DNA of 64,000 nucleotides. Source: Candidatus Poribacteria bacterium (GTDB taxonomy: Bacteria > Poribacteria > WGA-4E > WGA-3G). Numbering within the stretch: the stretch's first letter is position 1; the number at the start of each line of letters is the position of its first letter. Location: contig JAJDXV010000079.1 in NCBI GenBank assembly GCA_022823085.1, forward strand, positions 5,943 through 69,942, written 5' to 3'. The translations under genes and the position numbers were made by a program. Below the pieces are notes generated by a model. That model saw only the letters and a program-made list of their open reading frames with translations, had not been told where the DNA came from and ran no database searches. Shown here piece by piece: positions 29,957 through 38,228 of the stretch.

Positions 29957-29985
29957 ATTATACTATATAGAAAACACTTTGTCAA
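29957..29985 (-). promoter_or_regulatory. consensus sigma70 promoter for cap4 operon
   Basis: Minus strand reads TTGACA (29985-29980), 17-nt spacer, TATAAT (29962-29957). Confidence 0.55.
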
Positions 29986-29993
29986 GAAAAAGT

Positions 29994-30022
29994 TTGTAAT
30001 AATGAACAAATTCGTGTAAAAT
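29994..30022 (+). promoter_or_regulatory. promoter for capH-capP
   Basis: TTGTAA (29994-29999), 17-nt spacer, TAAAAT (30017-30022). Its -35 box lies 8 bp from the divergent -35 box. Confidence 0.5.
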
Positions 30023-30057
30023 AGTAAGGCAATTACCAAAATTAGGAGGCATTTCAC

Positions 30058-30462
30058 ATGAAACTGGGGCAAAAAATCAGGCAACTCCGCGAAGAAAAGG
30101 GGCTTTCACTTAACGGGCTGGCTGAAGAAGCAAGTATCTCTAAGGCTTATTTATCACAGCTTGAAAACGATGTGAGTAAGCAACCTTCGGCTGAGATATT
30201 GCTCAAAATTGCTTCGGCACTTGGTATAACTATTGCAGATCTCCTTGACCAGCCTGTACGCGTTTACGCGGAAGACTTTGAGGATGAAGATATTCCGAAT
30301 GCCTTACGTGAATTTATTGATGAACGAGGCGAAGCCCTTGATATTCAAAAAGAAGATGTCCGAATGCTGATGAATATTCGGTATAGAGGCAATCAACCCA
30401 AGGGCATTGAAGAATGGGAGCATATTCTGCAAACTATCCGGTATGTGATGAAGAAAGGATGA
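30058..30462 (+). CDS. capH: XRE-family HTH regulator (CapH-like)
   Basis: KIRQLREEKGLSLNGLAEEASISKAYLSQLEN HTH. AGGAGG SD. Divergent from the CBASS operon. Confidence 0.75.
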   Translation: MKLGQKIRQLREEKGLSLNGLAEEASISKAYLSQLENDVSKQPSAEILLKIASALGITIADLLDQPVRVYAEDFEDEDIPNALREFIDERGEALDIQKEDVRMLMNIRYRGNQPKGIEEWEHILQTIRYVMKKG

Positions 30463-31427
30463 AACAAAGACATCTTAAAGTTGGCAATAAGTATTATTCT
30501 CATAAATCAGTTATACGACTCATAGATCGTTATTCGGAAATCTCCCAAGATCCAGAGGAAATTATCCGAAGTTTAGTTCAGGACAAACTTAATGTAGCGA
30601 GACAGTCTAGGCATTTCCGATGGAATGGCCCACCTTTCAATCCCGAGGTTCTTGCGTCTATATTAGGGATCTGGTGTGAGGAATCTGTTGAATTAACACA
30701 TAGTGAGGATGCTGAACTCCACCCCGCAGAAAATGGGCGAGTGGTAATCAGATACAACCCGGATAAACCTAAAACACGGCAAAAATTCTCAATAGCTCAT
30801 GAAATTGTTCATACTTTTTTTCCTGGATATCAGGATGAGTGTCATGCGCGCCACCAAAGTGGTAAATTCGATCCTGAAAATGAAGTAGAGTTTTTGTGCG
30901 ATCTCGGAGCAAGTGAGATTGTTATGCCTACACCTGAATTTGATTCGGATGTTAAAAGTATGGGTGTTTCCCTAAAATCGCTGCAGAAACTTTCCAAACT
31001 GTATGAGGTCTCTTTAGAAGCGACCGCGATTCGTATGATTAAAACGGATTTCCATCCATGTGCTCTAATAGTGTTGGATTACAGCCACAAGCCTGCTGAA
31101 AAAGAGGAAATTGAAACATCAAAGTATCAGCAAAGTTTATTCCGTGAAGATCCTTGGGTTCCCCCTCCAATGCGTTTACGGGTGCAATATTTCGTTCGGG
31201 GCAGGCATTTTTCTACTTACATACCGAAGCATAAATCAATTGAGGAATCTTCGCCTCTCTATGAAGTGTCGGTAACTGGAAAACCATTTCAAGGAGATAC
31301 TGTCCTTAATTTAACAAAAACTCCCCTTAATACGTATGTTGAAGCAATGGCTTTACCTAAAACTCATAATACCGATCTGGATTCTCGTGTCATAGCCATT
31401 TTATTTCACACGCGTAAAAACTCATAA
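30459..31427 (+). CDS. capP: ImmA/IrrE-family zinc metallopeptidase (CapP-like)
   Basis: HEXXH motif IAHEIVHTFF. ATGA start/stop overlap with capH. Confidence 0.75.
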   Translation: MKQRHLKVGNKYYSHKSVIRLIDRYSEISQDPEEIIRSLVQDKLNVARQSRHFRWNGPPFNPEVLASILGIWCEESVELTHSEDAELHPAENGRVVIRYNPDKPKTRQKFSIAHEIVHTFFPGYQDECHARHQSGKFDPENEVEFLCDLGASEIVMPTPEFDSDVKSMGVSLKSLQKLSKLYEVSLEATAIRMIKTDFHPCALIVLDYSHKPAEKEEIETSKYQQSLFREDPWVPPPMRLRVQYFVRGRHFSTYIPKHKSIEESSPLYEVSVTGKPFQGDTVLNLTKTPLNTYVEAMALPKTHNTDLDSRVIAILFHTRKNS

Positions 31428-31502
31428 CCTATGAAGCAAGAAAGGAGGCGAAGCCGATGGCAGATATACAGATGATGGTAAAGAAAAAAATGATGTGTTC
31501 TG

Positions 31503-31523
31503 ACCGCCTATCGGGTAGGCGGT
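31503..31523. terminator. hairpin between the convergent capP and GmrSD genes
   Basis: ACCGCCTA-tcggg-TAGGCGGT, a perfect 8-bp stem. T-runs lie within ~12 nt on both strands. Confidence 0.45.
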
Positions 31524-31555
31524 TCCCGCAGCCTTTTTTATTCGACTTTGATGTT

Positions 31556-33298
31556 TTATGCGGTCGTCTCGTCATTTTCACCCATTGTTTTCTGGATTAC
31601 ACGAAATAATGCTTCTTTGCGGGCTTCAAAGAAACCCCAGAAATCATCGGCTCGCAGAGTGTCGGCAGAGATGAGGTGAGCAGCAAGTCTCTTATCCATT
31701 TTGGCATCGTCTATTCCAGCTTCTTTTTCTATCCTTTGCAAATACGCTGAAGGAGCGCGTCCGCCTATCTGTCGATTTGTGCGTGCTGAGATTACTGTTT
31801 TATTGATAATACTATTATAGTCATGGGGCGCGATTCCCTTACTCTCACACCAAGCTCTGGGAAATATGTGATGGATATCCACCCTGTCCTCAAAGAATAT
31901 CTTCTCATCAATAGGGTATCCAGTGAAAAAATCGCTTGCTCCTCTGTCGTGCATCATCAACGCGTGGATTCCCTTATACAAGGCACTACCACGAGTTCGG
32001 AGTTCAGATAAACGCTTCTTTTGGAAATCTGCTTCCTTGATTGTTGTAGGTTCCTTTTCACCTTTTTTTACCCAAGCAGTCACTTCAGAGAAATCCCTAG
32101 CTGCCTGAGTATCAGTAGAACCCGCATACATTTCACCAAGCACACCGCACCAATACCAACGCGCAATTTCCTGCTGAACTCCTTCTGTTTCACTCAGATG
32201 CCCTAAATCCATTAGAATCGCCGCCAACGGGACAAGTTGAGCTGAATAGGGAACATCTTTGGCATTAAATATTTTCTGTTTGTGCAAAAAGTGGGCTGCC
32301 TTCACAAACCCATCCTCGATTTGATCTGCCCACTCTTCATAACGCTTTCGATCCAACTCTAGAATTTCCTTACGCTTGCAACTTACCGGCGATTTTAGAT
32401 TTCGGGTGTCAATCAGTGTAAGTGCTTGTAGGAAATTGATACCATCAAGTTTTTCTAGTACCTTATGTTTTCTTAGACGTTTTCGTCTAGGTTCCCAATC
32501 ATCACGCAATCGGAAACCTTCTGCAGCGAGGGATGCTGTGAGAAGTTCAAATACAGTTAGCGTTACGCCCCCAGTGTTTACTTTCTCAAATACCAAGCAA
32601 ACGGCTTCTTTTGGAGCTCCACTTAATTCAATAACGGGGACATTGTATTGATTAAAGCATCGAATTATCTCAGCCTCAAATTTGAAGAGCAATCCAATTT
32701 TCTCCGCGTCCTGATTCCAATGGTTTATGTATCCTTGCCTCCAATCAGCAGAGTCGAAAATTTTGTGTATTGGAAAAATGTGATTATCGTACTGCTCGTT
32801 GGTTAATGAAAGGTCAATAGTTTTGGGTTTTCCATCAGCTGTCTGTATCTGTAAGCGACGATCATCTTTACAAATAATGACAGCCTCCTCGCGATCAGTT
32901 TCATTTCTGGTACACGCATCCATGTCGAAATAATAATATCGACGAATCTGCCTACCTCGAGCGTTCCTCGTAGAAACTCCGTTTTCCAACATTAAGGCTT
33001 GAAACAACGCTGTTAGTCGTTGTTGTCCATCAAGTATAAGGGTGTCAGGTTCCCTGGGAACATCCGCAGTATTCACTCCCTCAATGAGTCTTGTTTCAAA
33101 ATGCATATCTGTGTCTCCGGCTTTGAGGGTGAGCACAGAACCAATGGGAAATTCCCGTGATACGCTAGCGATAAGACTTCGGATACGGTCATCGTTCCAC
33201 ACCCAACCCCGCTGGAAGTCGGGTAGTTGTATCTTTCCGCCTTCTATTCCTCTGAGCAAGTCTTGGAGGAAAGGTCTGTCAATACTAAAAGTACTCAT
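31556..33298 (-). CDS. GmrSD/BrxU-type enzyme (DUF262 + DUF1524)
   Basis: N-terminal LPDFQRGWVW and LDGQQRLTAL. C-terminal His-Me finger DIHHIFP...NKTVISARTNRQIG. Confidence 0.85.
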   Translation of the reverse strand: MSTFSIDRPFLQDLLRGIEGGKIQLPDFQRGWVWNDDRIRSLIASVSREFPIGSVLTLKAGDTDMHFETRLIEGVNTADVPREPDTLILDGQQRLTALFQALMLENGVSTRNARGRQIRRYYYFDMDACTRNETDREEAVIICKDDRRLQIQTADGKPKTIDLSLTNEQYDNHIFPIHKIFDSADWRQGYINHWNQDAEKIGLLFKFEAEIIRCFNQYNVPVIELSGAPKEAVCLVFEKVNTGGVTLTVFELLTASLAAEGFRLRDDWEPRRKRLRKHKVLEKLDGINFLQALTLIDTRNLKSPVSCKRKEILELDRKRYEEWADQIEDGFVKAAHFLHKQKIFNAKDVPYSAQLVPLAAILMDLGHLSETEGVQQEIARWYWCGVLGEMYAGSTDTQAARDFSEVTAWVKKGEKEPTTIKEADFQKKRLSELRTRGSALYKGIHALMMHDRGASDFFTGYPIDEKIFFEDRVDIHHIFPRAWCESKGIAPHDYNSIINKTVISARTNRQIGGRAPSAYLQRIEKEAGIDDAKMDKRLAAHLISADTLRADDFWGFFEARKEALFRVIQKTMGENDETTA

Positions 33299-33507
33299 GT
33301 TTATTTCTCCAGTTAATAAAGTTTTACAACGGTGCTAAAACTTCCAGTTTCAATGATTCAGAATTCAGTCATCACAAGTCGGCTGGCGTAAATCTCTTTT
33401 CCAACGGTAGCAACTGCAACGAAAGTAACCGAAGCCACTTTCGTTAAACTCGTTAGAAAATATTATGGCTCATGTAAAAAGTATGTGCTATTTTTTCAAG
33501 TATACGT

Positions 33508-34455
33508 CTACAAATCAACAAGCCAATTAGCTAACGATGCGACCTGATCCGGATCTGTTAAGTTAGCTGCATTTTTCAGAGTGCCTTCCTCGAGCTGGTT
33601 CCAAATTTCTCCTGCCATGCTGTCAACGATAACTGCCCCAATGAAAAAGAGGTCTGGCGATAGATTCGCATTAGCAAAAGCGGTTTTGATACGTGTTAAG
33701 GCAGTTTGAGCAGTTTTCCAATGTTCATCTGCGCCTGCTGGATCTATGCCGCCCTTCAACTCTCCAAAGGCAATAAACTTCTCAGGTATTCTGTAAGTTG
33801 CAGGCTTCACTTCATCTGGTGGACAATGGAGTAGACACATGTCTATGTTTTTTCCCACAAGTGGAATTGTACGATTGTAAATCAGTGTTCGTGTTTTTTT
33901 CTCCTTTCTCCAACTGAGTGCTTTGAGACTCAATTCTATGTCCGCATCATCGCGCGTCCCGTCGATCCACGTGTTACTTGCAGTATTAAGCCACTGATAA
34001 GTCGTCTCGGTTAACGTTAGTGCAGAAATAATAGCACGATTAACTTTTCTTTCAGCCAGTTTACCTGCAATGTTTCGCATTGAACCACCTAATGAATCTC
34101 CGCGTGTTAACAAAAATCGATAAACTAACTCCTCAACAAAGTTTGTTCCCGCAGGTTCTAAAAATCTTTCTATGAAATTTTGGATCGCAACTATATGATC
34201 CTTTTCTGCTGTTTGCTTTGTCGCTTTTTCCGAAAATCCTGCAGCAGTAAGTAATGCAACTCGTATTTCTTCAATTCCGAGTAGTTCATTAGGGTGATTA
34301 GCACGCATTGCTGCAACTTTCAAGGCACGTGCCTGTTCTATAAATGGAGTTGCCTGACGACTCCGTTCCAAAGCTAAGGCGACAAAACCGGCGCGAATTT
34401 CCTCAGGGGTAGTGATAAGGTCAGCACTGGCGGATAGATGTCGGAGATATGCCAT
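33508..34455 (-). CDS. putative type II restriction endonuclease
   Basis: Start ATG shares 1 nt with the MTase stop (TAATG). No family recognised by eye. GELKGG...DEHWK may be the catalytic region. Confidence 0.5.
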   Translation of the reverse strand: MAYLRHLSASADLITTPEEIRAGFVALALERSRQATPFIEQARALKVAAMRANHPNELLGIEEIRVALLTAAGFSEKATKQTAEKDHIVAIQNFIERFLEPAGTNFVEELVYRFLLTRGDSLGGSMRNIAGKLAERKVNRAIISALTLTETTYQWLNTASNTWIDGTRDDADIELSLKALSWRKEKKTRTLIYNRTIPLVGKNIDMCLLHCPPDEVKPATYRIPEKFIAFGELKGGIDPAGADEHWKTAQTALTRIKTAFANANLSPDLFFIGAVIVDSMAGEIWNQLEEGTLKNAANLTDPDQVASLANWLVDL

Positions 34456-35885
34456 TATCTTTTTCTCCAAACATATACGCATTTCCGAAGGGGTACGCGT
34501 CCATACGCTCCCATCTGCTGACTGCTGTTTCCTTTCTTGCTGGGGACAACAAGGATATTTTCCACCTCAAAATCGAGAGACCGCGCAATGTCGGATAAAA
34601 TCGTGTCAACGGAAATGCTCACACCTGCATAGCGGACATTATCGTTTACCATGAAAAGACGGGCATTTGGTTTTAGGACGCGGGCGCATTCACCAATAAC
34701 GCACGCCATTTCAGAGAAATATCCGCGAACCATCCTTGGGATGCCACTGTTGTTTAAATTGCCGGATGCCTTTTCGTGTTCAAGGTAAGCGTTTATTGTT
34801 TGTAGGAGTTTTTGTCGGTTGGTGGCTTCTATGAACGGAGCCCACTGTGGACAAATTTTCAGGAGATCTTTTCCTCGATTTTCCACAGTACAACTGAGCA
34901 TTTCTTGCCGTAAATTAGAAACTTCCGTCTGCGTCAATCCCAACATCGCAAGTTCAAGCGCGTAAGTCCGCGTGTAATCATAGCGGTTGCAATAAGGGGG
35001 CGAAGTCACAATCGTCCCATAAGAGGCTGTTTCAAGGTTCGGAAGAACCTCAAGACATGAACCTTTGAATAATCTAATATCCTTCGCTGTCTGCTTAACA
35101 GGAAAAAGTGTGAGAGGGGTCTCAGCATTGCGGATATCCGATAAAATTTCTTTGAGCTTAGCAGTTATGGCAGCATCAAAAGGAAGGATTTCACCTTTGT
35201 TGAAAGCCTTTGTCCCAGGTCTTCTCTTACCCGATCGAGCATCCCAACGCAAATACTGTCCGTCTTTTCGAGTGTAACTAATGCTTTCTAACACGCAAAG
35301 GAGTGCAAGACGCAAGATCGCCTGAATTTTCTCGTTTTCTTCTCGGAGGGCAGCTCTGTAACGTTCAATTGCTGCGCTCGTTTCTGGCGGATAGGCGTTC
35401 TCTGTGATTCGGATTGTACTAAACGGTAACCGCTCCGGGAATTCCTTCCAAGGTAGAGACGCTATCCACCGTTCAAGGGTGACAATGTCATCCGATGTCA
35501 GTTCCATCTCTGACAAAAGACGAGCACGAATAATCTCTTGTCCGATAGGCAACAATTCTATACCATCGGCAGGGATTCCTTGCGAACTCGCAGCAAACAG
35601 GGTTGTGCCTATCCCAGCAAACGGATCAAGCACCTTTCCTGATATTTGTCCGTCGTAACTACTGAGGAAATATTCAACAAGGCTTGCTGAGAAGGCTTCT
35701 TTGTATTTATACCAATTATAGGCAGGTTTGTCCTTATTTCCTTGAAAACTGACGATTTTGCGAGATAAAAATGGGGTTACCGAAAATTGGGCTTTAAAAT
35801 CCGCAGTGAGTTCCGCATCAAGCGCGGCGATTTTTTTGCGCAGTTCGGCAGTTTCTGATTGGGTCTTACTGTTTTCAGGTGTCAT
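34455..35885 (-). CDS. N4-cytosine/N6-adenine DNA methyltransferase
   Basis: Motif I LDPFAGIGTT precedes motif IV IVTSPPYCNRYDY. Confidence 0.85.
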   Translation of the reverse strand: MTPENSKTQSETAELRKKIAALDAELTADFKAQFSVTPFLSRKIVSFQGNKDKPAYNWYKYKEAFSASLVEYFLSSYDGQISGKVLDPFAGIGTTLFAASSQGIPADGIELLPIGQEIIRARLLSEMELTSDDIVTLERWIASLPWKEFPERLPFSTIRITENAYPPETSAAIERYRAALREENEKIQAILRLALLCVLESISYTRKDGQYLRWDARSGKRRPGTKAFNKGEILPFDAAITAKLKEILSDIRNAETPLTLFPVKQTAKDIRLFKGSCLEVLPNLETASYGTIVTSPPYCNRYDYTRTYALELAMLGLTQTEVSNLRQEMLSCTVENRGKDLLKICPQWAPFIEATNRQKLLQTINAYLEHEKASGNLNNSGIPRMVRGYFSEMACVIGECARVLKPNARLFMVNDNVRYAGVSISVDTILSDIARSLDFEVENILVVPSKKGNSSQQMGAYGRVPLRKCVYVWRKR

Positions 35886-35893
35886 AAACGTCC

Positions 35894-36661
35894 TTACGCA
35901 TCGTCGTCGGGGATCTCTGGCCAGTTGTGTTCCGGTGAATACCCTAAATCATCTGCTGCCTGTTGCCACGAAAAACGGGAATCCGTGCGTCCAGCGACAG
36001 CATTATACGCACCGTAACTTACCGTCTCTGCCTCAATCGCACAAGCAACACACTGCGCAACATCCCGCGGATCGACATAAACAAACCAAGGATCTGTTAC
36101 AACATCAGGTGCCGCCGGACCGGGATTTTGTCCGTCTCCTGCGATGACCCCAGGACGGACATGAATCACGGCCAACCCGCGTGCCTGATGATACGCTGCA
36201 CCGATCTGTTCACCGAGATATTTCGCCAGCGAATAGTAGAGGTCCCCCGGACCGAACTGAAAATCGTCGTTGACCTCGTAAGGCAGTTTTGCACTCGGTG
36301 CAGGATGGCACGCCGAGATACTCGAAATATTCACCAATCTCCGAACACCTTGCTCGACGCAGGCTTCTGCCACATTCCACGTGCCTTTCACCATCACATC
36401 AGCAAACAATGAGGCAGGTTTATCGGAGCGTCCGCGCACCAAGGCAACGAGATGCACAACCGCATCCTGATCCGTACACGCTGCCGCAATCTCAGACGCG
36501 TTTGTCACATCCGCCTTGATAAAGGTCGTGTTTTCAGGTATATGTGCCGGTTCAACGATGTCGGTGAGCGTCAACTCGTACCTGCCGTGCAGCTGATCAA
36601 TGATAAATCGTGCTAAATATCCACTCGCCCCGGTAATCAAGATTTTTTCAAGGGTTGCCAT
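35894..36661 (-). CDS. NAD-dependent epimerase/dehydratase family protein
   Basis: ILITGASGYLARFI Rossmann motif; YxxxK-type YSLAK. Confidence 0.75.
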   Translation of the reverse strand: MATLEKILITGASGYLARFIIDQLHGRYELTLTDIVEPAHIPENTTFIKADVTNASEIAAACTDQDAVVHLVALVRGRSDKPASLFADVMVKGTWNVAEACVEQGVRRLVNISSISACHPAPSAKLPYEVNDDFQFGPGDLYYSLAKYLGEQIGAAYHQARGLAVIHVRPGVIAGDGQNPGPAAPDVVTDPWFVYVDPRDVAQCVACAIEAETVSYGAYNAVAGRTDSRFSWQQAADDLGYSPEHNWPEIPDDDA

Positions 36662-36682
36662 CAGTTTCCGCCCCCGCAGGAT

Positions 36683-37021
36683 TTAGATGAATGGTGGGTT
36701 CTCATAGAGTGCCACGTTGTAACCGACAAAAAAGGCATCCCCGCTCTGGACTGTCGGTGCGCGCAGGCTACCACTACGACCGAGAACCGCTTTTAGAATC
36801 GGTTCCTGTGTCTCCTCAGACGGCACGAAAGTTTCAACGCGCTTCCCTTTCGCGACAACGATCTGCTTCGCAGTGCCCATTAAATCCCATACCGCTTCGG
36901 CATCCATCCGTTCTTTTCGGGCATCCGTACGGTTTTCCGCTTCTACATCGTGTGTGTCAAGAAACTCTTGCACTTTTTTGCATGAGTTTCAGCTGTTCCG
37001 AAAATAGATCCAATCTACCAT
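36683..37021 (-). CDS. ArsC/Spx/YffB-family thioredoxin-fold protein, candidate selenoprotein (TGA 36991-36989 = Sec)
   Basis: AGGAGA, 9 nt, ATG 37021. Reads MVDWIYFRNS-TGA-NSCKKVQEFLDTHDV... in frame with track ORF 36683..36973. Restores the family N-terminus (compare YffB LYGIKNCDTCKKARRWL). Confidence 0.7.
36961..36990 (-). promoter_or_regulatory. candidate SECIS-like hairpin
   Basis: GAAACUC-A-UGCA[AAAAAG]UGCA-A-GAGUUUC: 7 bp, an A.A mismatch, then 4 bp. The stem begins at the G of the UGA. Confidence 0.45.
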
Positions 37022-37033
37022 TTTTTAAATTCT

Positions 37034-37187
37034 CCTGACGGTTCGGTAAAGTGGATTTCGGATTTCAAGGGTCTTCCATTTATCCGATTTCCACTTCGTT
37101 CCAATTTTTAATTTTCCTTGCGGTTCGGTGAAGCGGATTGGAGGCTTCAAGTGCTTTCCCGTATATTCGCTTTCCACTTCGTTCCAA
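37034..37187. repeat. two ~72-nt direct repeats with internal dyad symmetry
   Basis: Units 37034-37104 and 37116-37187 share CGGTTCGGT(A/G)AAG(T/C)GGATT...TTCAAG...TTTCCACTTCGTTCCAA. They lie between the oxidoreductase stop and the selenoprotein-candidate RBS. Confidence 0.7.
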
Positions 37188-37220
37188 GCTTCGCGTTTTT
37201 CCAATTTACTCTAATTTACC

Positions 37221-38228
37221 TTATAGGTCCTTCACGTTAATAAATCTGCCAGTGTTGCGACTTTGGACCGCAGCATCAATCAACGCAAGCGTCTCGACTG
37301 CGTCAGCGAAAGGCGACCGAATGAGGGACCTGTCGCCTGTTTCAATGGCACACAGCCACGCGCCGGTTTTATCCAACCCTAAACTGTTCTCACCAACCAC
37401 CGGTTCGGTGACAATTCCGCCGTTAAGGTAACCGTGAATGGTACTGTCTGCCATATTTGCGTGGAGCCGCAGATGCGGTCCGAGGACTTCGACTTCAAAA
37501 CAAAATCTTTCCGTCCCACAATGGTTCGTATGTGTCCCGAAAACCCCGTTATCTAATTGATACGTCATCTGGATGGCGTTTTCTGCATCGAATTCTGTCC
37601 GCTCCAACGCCATGTTTTTCGTCGCCAGTGCATGCGCCTGCACCGGTTTCGGGTTCCCCATAACAAACCGCGCGCAATCCAATACATGCACCGCTTGTTC
37701 CGGCAGCGGACCCCCACTAATCTCAGACTTCAGAAACCACAACGGCATTCTGAATGTGAGGTAATAGTCAATCGTACAGACCGTCCGAACAAGATGTATC
37801 GTCTCTGTAGCGATTAACGTTTGCAACCGTTCATAGAGCGGATGGTAACGGAGTTGGAATCCGACAGCAGCGATAACACCCGCCTCCTCAATACAGGCGA
37901 GGCATCTCCTGCCCTCAGCCATATTTAGAGCCGGCGGTTTTTCGATCAGCATCGGAATACCGCGATCGCACGCCATCTGAATCGGTTCAAACCGGACAGG
38001 TGGTGGTGTCGTGATTACCACGCCATCCATCTCTACATCAAAAAACGCATCTAATTCCGTAGTCGCGAGTGCCGCGTCGGCATCTGTCGCAAGTTCACGT
38101 GCCGCGTCAAGCCGCACATCATGTACCGCAACGACGCGGCCACCGTAGTCGGCTACCGCTTTATGGTGATGACCACCCATACGACCCGCACCGATAATGC
38201 CTATCGCCAACGATTTTTCAGAGTTCAT
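37221..38228 (-). CDS. Gfo/Idh/MocA-family oxidoreductase
   Basis: IGIIGAGRMGGHH Rossmann motif; EKPPA motif. Likely start ATG 38228 (ATGA overlap with the upstream stop). Confidence 0.85.
   Translation of the reverse strand: MNSEKSLAIGIIGAGRMGGHHHKAVADYGGRVVAVHDVRLDAARELATDADAALATTELDAFFDVEMDGVVITTPPPVRFEPIQMACDRGIPMLIEKPPALNMAEGRRCLACIEEAGVIAAVGFQLRYHPLYERLQTLIATETIHLVRTVCTIDYYLTFRMPLWFLKSEISGGPLPEQAVHVLDCARFVMGNPKPVQAHALATKNMALERTEFDAENAIQMTYQLDNGVFGTHTNHCGTERFCFEVEVLGPHLRLHANMADSTIHGYLNGGIVTEPVVGENSLGLDKTGAWLCAIETGDRSLIRSPFADAVETLALIDAAVQSRNTGRFINVKDL

Noticed and set aside
31457-31609. 50-aa ORF (MADIQMMVKKKMMCSDRLSGRRF...) with a strong AGGAGG SD, 8 nt upstream, after capP.
   Set aside because: It contains the 8-bp terminator-like hairpin (31503-31523) and runs antisense into the GmrSD 3' end. 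Its composition is not protein-like. Kept only as a low-probability micro-ORF.
36691-37038. 115-aa plus-strand ORF covering the ArsC-like locus.
   Set aside because: It is antisense to a frame with clear ArsC/Spx-family similarity, an SD and a start codon, and it has no motifs of its own.
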